A DNA stretch of 64,000 nucleotides from Candidatus Limnocylindrales bacterium (GTDB lineage: Bacteria > Patescibacteriota > Microgenomatia > Levybacterales > UBA12049), in contig DATLDE010000011.1 in NCBI GenBank assembly GCA_035526025.1, positions 49,374 to 113,373 of the forward strand, read 5' to 3'. The position numbers and the translations under genes were made by a program. The notes under the pieces were generated by a model. That model had not been told where the DNA came from and did not search any database. It worked only from the letters and a program-made list of their open reading frames with translations. This document shows positions 9,552 through 17,870 of the stretch, piece by piece (the stretch's first letter is position 1; the number at the start of each line of letters is the position of its first letter).

Positions 9552-10100
9552 ATGAAAAAAATTTTATTTTTAATACTTTGCGCTTTATTTTTTCAGAATG
9601 CAGACCCTACTTTTGCCAAAACACCTATTGCACGATCATCTGCAAAATTAGTTGTATCTAATAGCTTACCTAAGAAGGATAGGCGTGCTGAAATACTTGA
9701 ACAATTCCTTATTGAGCGAGGGTCTCCACTTGCGCCGCATGCTCAGACATTTATAGACGAGGCTGATAAAAATAAGATTGACTGGAAGCTAGTCGTTGCC
9801 ATTTCAGGCAACGAATCTCAATTTGGTCTTCTGATCCCACCATATTCCAATAATGGATGGGGTTATGGAGTTTATGGGAACAATGTCAGAAATTTTGCGT
9901 CATGGGATGAGGGAATTGTAGTTGTATCAAAAGCATTGAGAAAAGACTATTTGGATATGTGGGGCGCAACAAATATTTATGAAATAGGAGCTATTTACGC
10001 AGAAGATCCGTTATGGGCAAATAAAGTAAGCTACTATTTAACACTCATTGAAGAATACGATTCGGAACCTTCGAACACTTCTATTTCAATTTCTCTATAA
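9552..10100 (+). CDS. secreted GH73-like glucosaminidase-domain protein, paralog 2
   Basis: Signal peptide. Same motif layout as 8810..9376 (QFLIERGSPLAPHAQTFIDEADKNKIDWKLVVAISGNES...NGWGYGVYG). Confidence 0.45.
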   Translation: MKKILFLILCALFFQNADPTFAKTPIARSSAKLVVSNSLPKKDRRAEILEQFLIERGSPLAPHAQTFIDEADKNKIDWKLVVAISGNESQFGLLIPPYSNNGWGYGVYGNNVRNFASWDEGIVVVSKALRKDYLDMWGATNIYEIGAIYAEDPLWANKVSYYLTLIEEYDSEPSNTSISISL

Positions 10101-10105
10101 ATATT

Positions 10106-11827
10106 CTATAATAATATTGTCTTTTCGTGGTTCCAGTCAAAATGCGTAGCATTTTGATAGAGGAGCAACCGACGAAAAGCCGCAATCCGAATGCAATGAG
10201 GATAAAGGCTGCAGTCGAGTTGTGACGAGCGGACGTGGTGAAATGGTAGACACGCAAGTTTTAGGAACTTGTGCTCAAAAGGCTTGGAGGTTCGAGTCCT
10301 CTCGTCCGCACACAACAGTACAGTCTCATCCTTAAACCCTCGAATAGCCTGATATAACGGGCTAATCTTATGATTCAATGTACCATTATAGCTCCAAGCT
10401 AATCCTTCAGGGAACATTGAACCAAGCAGTACCTTAGCCTGACTTTGATTTGATCTTTTGTAAGCTTCCCCAAGATCTGCTAAGAGTGTCTTTATAAAAG
10501 ACGTAACTTTATCAATATTGTAATTCTCCATCGTTGCGTCATCTTTACTGATCAAAACTTGAGTAATTTGGTTTTCAATAGTTGCGTTTTGCTCCTTAAA
10601 GATTTCATCAGAATATACACCTGAAAGGTTTTTCTCAACTAACTGTTTTCTAAGAGCTTTAAGCCTCACTATCTCATCATCAGCATTATTTTTAATCTTA
10701 AGTAGCCTTGAATATCTTGCATGGTATGTCTTGTAAAGACAGGTTATGAAAAGATTAAGGCATTCTGTTTTGGGAGTAACTTCTTTGAGTAAATTTATCA
10801 GGACATTATCAAGATCATTTGTTTTAATTGATTTACTATTGCAGGGTTTACCACAGCGGTAATATTGATATTTAATGTGTCGCCCCTTACTCCATGCACC
10901 AGTTAAGCCAAATCCGCATTTTGAACACTTTATAATCCGTCTTAGCGGAAAATCAGGGTTAATGTGATTCCTTTTGGCTAAAGCCACTTTATTTGGGTTC
11001 CGACCGTCCAGAATGGCCTGTACCTTATAGAATTGCTCCTCTGTGATCATTGGTACATATTGTCCTTTTACTTCCTCATTGTATGTGTTTGAGGACAGAA
11101 TTCCCATATAAAACTTATTTCTAAAAAGTTCATTTACTCTCTGGCGAAGCAGGGGATACTCTTTTTGTTTACGCATATGCCTCAAGCCCCAGTCATTCAT
11201 AATTTCAGCCATCTCAGAAAGGCTCTTAGTGCCTGTCGCCATAAGATCCCATGCTTTTCTCATACTATCCCAAGCTTTTGGATCTTTTACCGCATAACCT
11301 GTCTGAACCATATAACCAAGAGGCACAGAGCCTGTAACGATCATTCCTGACAAAAACCGTGCTCTAAGCCCATTTCGTGACCTTTCTGAGCGGATATCAT
11401 TATCAAGTTGTGCAAAGCCAGCAAGAATTGTCTCAACCAGCTTTTCTGTTGGACTTTCTCCAGTTGGCTCGGAAATTGAAACAACATTTGCTCCGTATTC
11501 AGCAAGTTTTTTCCTTATACTTAAATAATCAGCAGTTATTCTTGAAATCCTATCTATTCTATAGACAAATACAGCTTGAACCCTATTCTTGTTTTTCCGG
11601 CAATACTCAAGTAGATTAATCAGAACAGGTCTTCCGGTTATGTTTTTAGCAGAACGCCCCTCTTCTCTAAATATTTCAATCACGTCATAGCCTCTTTTCT
11701 CCGCTTCTTTTCTGCACATACCCTCTTGGGTATCCAGGGAGAAGTTATCAACCTGCTCCTCAGTTGATACCCGAATGTAGATTACTGCTCTTTTCCCATC
11801 AGCATAAATTGCTTTTTGCGGTCTCAT
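10106..11827 (-). CDS. large serine recombinase (resolvase/invertase N-domain + recombinase domain + zinc ribbon)
   Basis: N-terminus AVIYIRVSTEEQ carries the catalytic Ser. Zinc ribbon: CSKCGFGLTGAWSKGRHIKYQYYRCGKPC. 573 aa. The last roughly 70 codons run antisense through tRNA-Leu(TAG) and beyond. The true C-terminus is uncertain. Confidence 0.8.
   Translation of the reverse strand: MRPQKAIYADGKRAVIYIRVSTEEQVDNFSLDTQEGMCRKEAEKRGYDVIEIFREEGRSAKNITGRPVLINLLEYCRKNKNRVQAVFVYRIDRISRITADYLSIRKKLAEYGANVVSISEPTGESPTEKLVETILAGFAQLDNDIRSERSRNGLRARFLSGMIVTGSVPLGYMVQTGYAVKDPKAWDSMRKAWDLMATGTKSLSEMAEIMNDWGLRHMRKQKEYPLLRQRVNELFRNKFYMGILSSNTYNEEVKGQYVPMITEEQFYKVQAILDGRNPNKVALAKRNHINPDFPLRRIIKCSKCGFGLTGAWSKGRHIKYQYYRCGKPCNSKSIKTNDLDNVLINLLKEVTPKTECLNLFITCLYKTYHARYSRLLKIKNNADDEIVRLKALRKQLVEKNLSGVYSDEIFKEQNATIENQITQVLISKDDATMENYNIDKVTSFIKTLLADLGEAYKRSNQSQAKVLLGSMFPEGLAWSYNGTLNHKISPLYQAIRGFKDETVLLCADERTRTSKPFEHKFLKLACLPFHHVRSSQLDCSLYPHCIRIAAFRRLLLYQNATHFDWNHEKTILL
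10229..10310 (+). tRNA. tRNA-Leu (anticodon TAG)
   Basis: GCGGACGTGGTGAAATGGTAGACACGCAAGTTTTAGGAACTTGTGCTCAAAAGGCTTGGAGGTTCGAGTCCTCTCGTCCGCA. Long variable arm. Confidence 0.8.
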
Positions 11828-12213
11828 AGGCCTCCTTTCTCATGAAGCAACTCATTTAAAGTTTTTCCTTCAAATATTTCTCGCTCAAAATCATCAAGCC
11901 AACTTTCAGCTAGGAATTGGACTTTTGTTACCGTATCTTTTAACTCATTTTCGCTAAATTGAGTAGCCATAGGACCTAACGCCTTTTTTGCCTCTTGAAT
12001 AATTTTTCCGTCATATTCTTGCTCCGGGAATAAATCATCCAAGGATTGTTTAAGTGATTGAGAAATTGGCTTGGGCGCAGAGACAGGTAGGGATTCATCT
12101 AAAACTTGTGCTAAAGGAGTAATTATCTTTTCTTGAGAAAGTGGCAACTGTTGAACTGCTGCATTCATATTTGGTCTATCAACATTGTCAATTTTCAAAG
12201 CTAAACTAGTCAT
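11824..12213 (-). CDS. hypothetical acidic protein, overlaps the recombinase start (ATGA)
   Basis: 129-aa ORF translationally coupled to the recombinase. Confidence 0.45.
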   Translation of the reverse strand: MTSLALKIDNVDRPNMNAAVQQLPLSQEKIITPLAQVLDESLPVSAPKPISQSLKQSLDDLFPEQEYDGKIIQEAKKALGPMATQFSENELKDTVTKVQFLAESWLDDFEREIFEGKTLNELLHEKGGL

Positions 12214-12454
12214 ATATGATTAGTATATAACTATATATGCCTAGTTGTCAATCGCCAAATTATTTGCTCTTATTAAGAGCTTTTAAGTGCTTTTACAATG
12301 CTTCTTTTAGGGGTCTTACCCCTCTAATGCAAGGGTAAAATGCACTCCTCATTCTTCGTCGCCCTTGCATTATTCACCCTGCTTATGACTTTCAGTCAGG
12401 TAGTCGGGCATGGGCATGCCCGACAAAAACAATTATGAGAAAGGAGGTGAGAAT

Positions 12455-12790
12455 ATGGAATTATTAACAGTAGAGCTTAAAGAGAAACTTCCAGCTCTTT
12501 ATGCTCAAGAGAAAGAGAGAGATCCATTGGTGTATATTAAATTCTTTGATCCAACCGGATCATGGACATGGTATGCAACTGAAGGTGAGGAGGCAGATGA
12601 TGACTTTCTTTTCTTTGGGTATGTTGTAGGACACGATTCAGAGCTTGGGTATTTTACTCTTAGCCAGCTGAGGAGTGCTAAAAAAGGCGTGAGCGGTATT
12701 TTGAGCTTACCAATAGAACGTGATCTATATTTCAAGCCATGCAGGCTTTCTGAGGTAAAAGGATTAAATCAGTCCATGTGTAAGTTTTAG
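12455..12790 (+). CDS. DUF2958 family protein (plasmid/ICE-associated)
   Basis: KFFDPTGSWTWYATEGEE...FGYVVGHDSELGYFTLSQL...ERDLYF matches my memory of the DUF2958 signature. Start taken at the ATG preceded by GAAAGGAGGTGAG. Track ORF is 12410..12790. Confidence 0.6.
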   Translation: MELLTVELKEKLPALYAQEKERDPLVYIKFFDPTGSWTWYATEGEEADDDFLFFGYVVGHDSELGYFTLSQLRSAKKGVSGILSLPIERDLYFKPCRLSEVKGLNQSMCKF

Positions 12791-12837
12791 TGATAGTGGG
12801 GTGCTGACAAAGTGCCCCACTATTCTAATATGCTAGA

Positions 12838-13629
12838 TTATTTTATACTTTCCCAAATACTTCCAGTTACGCCATTTGCTATTACATCCTCAGCTGTTGC
12901 GAACATGATTGATAACTCATCAGTGTTATCTTCCTCAAGTATTCTTTTAGTATAGCGTTTTGCATAAATCATCCTTTCCTTTGTTCCTCCGACAAAAAAT
13001 ATCATGGGAAAAGGTGAATTTATGTGGTTTTCCCACTCATTACTGTAGTAAAAATCTTTGTATGCGCGTATTCGTTTTCGTATTCTGTAATATGGAAGTT
13101 TCTCATCAAAAATAGTCAGTAGGAAGTATTGTATTTTTTTGCCCTTTTCTTTTTTAGAAAAACATATATCAACCGACAGATCAGAGTTTTTTAAAAATTT
13201 AAAGTCACTATCTTCATTACAGATATCGCTTTCGGTTGAATATGTGCGAGTTACGGTATCATTGTTTTTCCTCTCAAGCTCGCAGCAAATTCTAGAGATA
13301 AGTAAACAGTGTTGAATAAAGCTATCAGAGCGGGTCTTATCCCAGTAGAGTTTATGAATAAAATTTGTGTCATATTTTCCTTTTGCTTTTATATATCTTA
13401 TCCCGTTATTATCCAATGTATAGATTGCCGATATTCTGTTTTTCCCAATGATCGTATTGTCATATATTCTTTTGATGTATTTCTTCTCTGTTAGGTCTTT
13501 TAACCAGTTATTTATTCTTGCCTCGTCTTTGTGATTGAGGAGGGATTGGATATGTTGTCTGTTGAGGAATCTGTATCGTGGAATTAGTGTTGTTATTTCT
13601 TGTTGTTTGTTAGTTATGTTAGGTATCAT
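12838..13629 (-). CDS. replication-relaxation (Replic_Relax) family-like protein
   Basis: 263 aa. N-terminal wHTH-like region (LIPRYRFLNRQHIQSLL...WLKDLTEKKYIKRIY). Family call is tentative. Confidence 0.4.
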   Translation of the reverse strand: MIPNITNKQQEITTLIPRYRFLNRQHIQSLLNHKDEARINNWLKDLTEKKYIKRIYDNTIIGKNRISAIYTLDNNGIRYIKAKGKYDTNFIHKLYWDKTRSDSFIQHCLLISRICCELERKNNDTVTRTYSTESDICNEDSDFKFLKNSDLSVDICFSKKEKGKKIQYFLLTIFDEKLPYYRIRKRIRAYKDFYYSNEWENHINSPFPMIFFVGGTKERMIYAKRYTKRILEEDNTDELSIMFATAEDVIANGVTGSIWESIK

Positions 13630-13788
13630 TATGTTTGTTTTTTTTGTATATATTTATTTTTTACTTTTATTATTTATGCCATGCCCAACCGTATTAATAT
13701 ACTCCGTTATTTTTAAGGGTAGGTGTCACAATTCTATTGCATATTAGCTTCAAATTAGCTTAAAAATTGTCGTTAACATCAACGACAA

Positions 13789-16548
13789 TTAAATATATTG
13801 TTGTTTTATAGTTTTTATTCCTTTTTTAACCCCGTTTGTTTTTACTGTGAGCTTACTTGCTTCTAGCAATTGCTTATCTTTTTTTTCAGAGTCTGTTTTC
13901 TTTGTGTTTCCTTTTGTAGGTACTGCTTTGAACAATTTTTCCAGTTGCTTTTCAACATCTGCTTTTGGAGTCGCATAGTGTGCCCTTGAATTCTCAATAA
14001 TCTTTTTTGCTGTTTTGTCACTCCCTTGTTCTGTTACGGGTAACGTAACGCCTGAAAATGCATCTTCTGAATGCTCATTGGTCACTTTCATATAGAAGTG
14101 GTGTGGCGCAAGATTAACTATTGCCCCTTTTTCTACTTCCGGCTCAAGGAAGGGTAGAAGGATTTTTTCATCATCAGGTCCGTTTTTAAGAGCAATTAAG
14201 TTTCCACTATTACTTAAAACTATCTTTGATAATTTTGGATCTTCAATTTGGGCAATATTTTGATGAGACGGCGTGAAGTAAACATGATACTTTCTTGCTT
14301 CTGAAAAAAGATCAGTAAAATGCGCACTTGCAAAGTTTTGAAATTCATCGATATAAACATAGAAATGAGATCTATCTTTTTCCGGTATTGCGGCTCTGGC
14401 ATATACAGCCAGTTGGATAAGGGAAAGTATTAGCGTGCCAAAGAACGCACTCCGCTCTTCTCCAAGCTTCCCTTTTGAGAGATTTACCAGAAGAATTTTA
14501 CCCTTATCCATTATTGCTGAAATGTTAATTGTTGTATTTTTCTGAAGTAAGATATTTCTTGACAATTTATCTGTCATAAATTCACCCAGTTTGTTGGTCA
14601 AGGGGGAGGCAGCATCTGCCTGCTGAATTTTGCCATATGAGCTATACTCTTTTTCCCAGAATTGCTTTAATACAGGATCAGTAAGAGTTTGAGTAACAGT
14701 TCTTCTATAGTCCTTATCAGTTAACAGTTTTTGAATTGCCATTAAAGAAATGTATGGAGTCTCAGGAGTCGGAGTATGTACCTGGAGTGCAGTAAGCGTG
14801 GCATTTCTGAGGATATGCTCCATTTTCTGACCCCAATGCTTCTCTGGTGTTATTTTCATAAATACAGCCATTAATGACCTGGCAATGAAACCATGCTCCT
14901 CATCAATATCTGAGAATTTTATATCTGGGGAGAGTATATTAAGTCCCAATGGAAAATCTTTATCAGAAGGATTAATTAGGACTACATCTTTCAATCTGTG
15001 TTTGGGGATAAGAGTCAGTAAATGCTCAATCAAATCCCCATGAGGATCAAGAATTGCAATCCCTTTCCCATTTTGAATGTCTTGTAGTGCCATACCTTCA
15101 ATAATGGTTGTTTTACCCATACCTGTTTTACCGACAATGTACGTGTGCTCCTTTTTATTCTTATCAGTTAACCCTACTTCAGTTTTTTCTCCACCATAAT
15201 TATTTGTACCAACTACAACGTCAAACTGCGTTGCTGTTTTTTTAAATGAATGAGGAGCAGGTAGTTCCTTACTTTTGCTTTTAACCATATCCTCAGTTTT
15301 GGTTGTTTGAGTGTAAGGCAAGTGATAGATGCTTGAGAGTTCTGTAACTGATAAGAAAATTGTATGGGAAAAAGAAAGGAGCCTGTTACCAAGTTGGTAG
15401 ACAGAAAAGAGTAAAATATATTGTTTTATTCTTTTAGGAATGAATGATGAAAAAACTGTGTGACGCGGAATAATTGCCTGATACTGGGCATTATCAAATG
15501 TTGAAAGTGTTGCCTGGAACCCCCTTATCCTCTCCCTAACAATATTCGAGTTATTTCCAATAACAAGAAGTCGCATGCTTGTTTCAAACACAGGAAGTTG
15601 TAACTTATCCTGTACCTGCTGAAACAATACTTGTTGAGTAGCTGTTGGGGTAAAGACTTTCTTGGGCTTTGCCTCATAATTATTACGTGGAGCTGGTTGG
15701 TTACTGCTACTTCTCAGTGCAATATCAGCAAAAAAACCAATAATTCCAACTAATAACCCAAGAGTCCAATAAATTAATTTACTAATTACATTAATTGGAA
15801 AAACAATGACTGAAAGCAATCTATTCTTTTGAATAATTGGTGAAATATCCTTATTGTGCCAGAGGTGATTTAGTAGCTTATCTGCCTCCTGTGTTTTTGC
15901 CCTATTACTTGCCTTGTCCATAGGAGAAAGGATTAATTGCAGGGAAATAAGCTCCTGTGGTGCAAGCTTTGTCATATTGCCTGTTAGGTATGCAATTGGA
16001 TCATGCTCTCTTAGTTTTGTTTGATCTGTTAGAGGGATAGCGAAGTGGTTTACTAAACGGAATGTTATTAACCGTATAGCTTTACTTGCTGTGAGAAAAT
16101 TTCTTATGCCTTCAAATGATCGCGGAAGATAATCAGCTACCTCCTCTATCTCAACACTTGGTAAGTATGAAAGAAGTGTTTTTCGTATAACTGGGGCATC
16201 AGATTTAGCTGTGTGAATAAGATAACGGATTCCTTCTTCTTTGGTTGCAACAAGCTCAACACTGATTGTTGTTTTGTCATGTATAAATCTTTGCCAGAAT
16301 GTTTTTCCTTTGATTAGCGAATGGAGTTGGGTAAATAACTGCTCTGTAGCATAGGAACTCTGGAGTGTTTGCTTGATTGGTTTAATTGAAAGAACAACAT
16401 GTGGGGTATTGAGTTTCCTTTTTAGCAGTAAATACCTGGAGAGGAGATAAACTATGAGCAAAGTAAATGCTACGCATGAGAGTAATATTAAGTACGCTGG
16501 AAGAACTGCCAGAAATGATATATATTGTGTTGGCATATGCAATATCAA
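13789..16548 (-). CDS. conjugative-transfer-type P-loop ATPase (TraG/TraD/VirD4 coupling-protein-like, or VirB4-like), membrane anchored
   Basis: N-terminal TM helices. Walker A YIVGKTGMGKTTIIEG near residue 480, followed by IAILDPHGDL. Walker B YVYIDEFQNF. Lys-rich C-terminal tail. Confidence 0.6.
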   Translation of the reverse strand: MILHMPTQYISFLAVLPAYLILLSCVAFTLLIVYLLSRYLLLKRKLNTPHVVLSIKPIKQTLQSSYATEQLFTQLHSLIKGKTFWQRFIHDKTTISVELVATKEEGIRYLIHTAKSDAPVIRKTLLSYLPSVEIEEVADYLPRSFEGIRNFLTASKAIRLITFRLVNHFAIPLTDQTKLREHDPIAYLTGNMTKLAPQELISLQLILSPMDKASNRAKTQEADKLLNHLWHNKDISPIIQKNRLLSVIVFPINVISKLIYWTLGLLVGIIGFFADIALRSSSNQPAPRNNYEAKPKKVFTPTATQQVLFQQVQDKLQLPVFETSMRLLVIGNNSNIVRERIRGFQATLSTFDNAQYQAIIPRHTVFSSFIPKRIKQYILLFSVYQLGNRLLSFSHTIFLSVTELSSIYHLPYTQTTKTEDMVKSKSKELPAPHSFKKTATQFDVVVGTNNYGGEKTEVGLTDKNKKEHTYIVGKTGMGKTTIIEGMALQDIQNGKGIAILDPHGDLIEHLLTLIPKHRLKDVVLINPSDKDFPLGLNILSPDIKFSDIDEEHGFIARSLMAVFMKITPEKHWGQKMEHILRNATLTALQVHTPTPETPYISLMAIQKLLTDKDYRRTVTQTLTDPVLKQFWEKEYSSYGKIQQADAASPLTNKLGEFMTDKLSRNILLQKNTTINISAIMDKGKILLVNLSKGKLGEERSAFFGTLILSLIQLAVYARAAIPEKDRSHFYVYIDEFQNFASAHFTDLFSEARKYHVYFTPSHQNIAQIEDPKLSKIVLSNSGNLIALKNGPDDEKILLPFLEPEVEKGAIVNLAPHHFYMKVTNEHSEDAFSGVTLPVTEQGSDKTAKKIIENSRAHYATPKADVEKQLEKLFKAVPTKGNTKKTDSEKKDKQLLEASKLTVKTNGVKKGIKTIKQQYI

Positions 16549-16719
16549 TAATTTTGAGGCAGTAGTCTAAAGCGGACAGAGGTTTTAGATGAAGCTGATG
16601 ATATCAGAAAAGGTTATTTAAGTACAGATGTCATACAATACCCAATAACCTGCTAAGAGACTTTTTTAATACTTGAAGTTTTAGAGCATGATGGGAAAAA
16701 AGACCAAAGCATCTTGGTT

Positions 16720-17655
16720 TTAAGCAGCAATCTTGTCATAGTAAAATAACTTTCCTCTTACGTCGTCAAAGCAGCGTTTCGAAGTTAGAGCTGATGGTAT
16801 ACCATTTGCATGCCCAGCTTGTTGATAAGCTTGCCATTCTTCAGGATCAAATCTGTCAACATATTCACTGGCATCTCTAGCAATAAAATAAACTGGTATC
16901 CCCGCAGCTAAAGCTGTAGTTCCTTTTAAAAATTCACGCCTATCCTTTAATGGTTCTTCTTTCTTGTTTATATAAGACACTGCAGCAATTTCAGCTGCTG
17001 CAGCTGCTGCTACGTATGGAGCTGTAGCTAAAGTTAATTTTTTCATACCGTATAATGCGGTTACAGCATTTCTAGTGTTTTCACCTCGTCTCCCACCTTG
17101 CACTACGTGATATAGCTCATGAAAAACTACTCCATTTAGTGCAGAATTCCAATGCGGAAGAATGTCTGGGGCTATTTCTAAAACTATTGGATCTTCAGGA
17201 TACATAGGGTGACGTACTGTGCCTGAAAATCCGCTATGTCCATCTCCGTTACCCCTATCTTCTTTACGCATTTGATTTATTTCTAGTCCGTATTTTTTAA
17301 CGTATGCAGATACTCTGTCTACCTCAGAGACTCCTCCGTCAAGATAGGATAAGTAAGTTAGGGCACGAGACATAGTATCCAAATTGACTGCGGGTTGGCT
17401 TGGACTTCCATCTGATCCTCCACCTATTACTATAACAGTGTCAAACTTTCCAGCTTTCATGTATTTTTTTATTTCCTCTGCCTTGGGCTTTAGAAGTTCA
17501 GCAGTTTGTGGAGATATATCATAATCAGGACCAAATGTTCGGTTTTCATAGGCTTTACTTCCCAGGACCCCCCCCAATACAGTAGCAACTCCCGCTTTTG
17601 CACCTAAACGTAAGAATCTTCTTCTGCCTATGCTTACAGGATCTCTTTCCGCCAT
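16720..17655 (-). CDS. Tat-signal secreted protein with HExxH zinc-peptidase-like motif
   Basis: N-terminal RRRFLRLGAKAGVATVLGG. FHELYHV is an HExxH motif. A second internal Tat-like motif, DRREFLKGTTALAAGIP, is also present. Confidence 0.45.
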   Translation of the reverse strand: MAERDPVSIGRRRFLRLGAKAGVATVLGGVLGSKAYENRTFGPDYDISPQTAELLKPKAEEIKKYMKAGKFDTVIVIGGGSDGSPSQPAVNLDTMSRALTYLSYLDGGVSEVDRVSAYVKKYGLEINQMRKEDRGNGDGHSGFSGTVRHPMYPEDPIVLEIAPDILPHWNSALNGVVFHELYHVVQGGRRGENTRNAVTALYGMKKLTLATAPYVAAAAAAEIAAVSYINKKEEPLKDRREFLKGTTALAAGIPVYFIARDASEYVDRFDPEEWQAYQQAGHANGIPSALTSKRCFDDVRGKLFYYDKIAA

Positions 17656-17870
17656 AATGCGGATTATATACCGTTCTAGGATAAATTTCTACACTATTTT
17701 GAGCAGGTTAATTCCCCACTAGAGAAAAAATATATCTAAGTCCATTTCTACAAAACTTAAAAATTTTTACATTAAACACTGTCATATTCAAAAATACATG
17801 AAAAAGTAAATAATTTTATTTTCCTATAGTACTTGTTTTTGCCATTTCAGGCTGCTAAAATAGGCAAATC

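Larger units (their letters stand above)
10311..16548. mobile_element. putative integrated mobilisable/conjugative element abutting the 3' end of tRNA-Leu(TAG)
   Basis: Contiguous block: large serine recombinase, co-transcribed small ORF, DUF2958, replication-relaxation-like protein, 919-aa coupling-protein-like ATPase. The far boundary is not defined. Confidence 0.5.

Noticed and set aside
16556-16575. Treating GCGGACAGAGGTT as a definitive att repeat of the tRNA-Leu(TAG) 3' end
   Set aside because: It matches 11 of 12 positions, and in inverted rather than direct orientation. That is too weak to call an attachment site. It is mentioned only as a lead.
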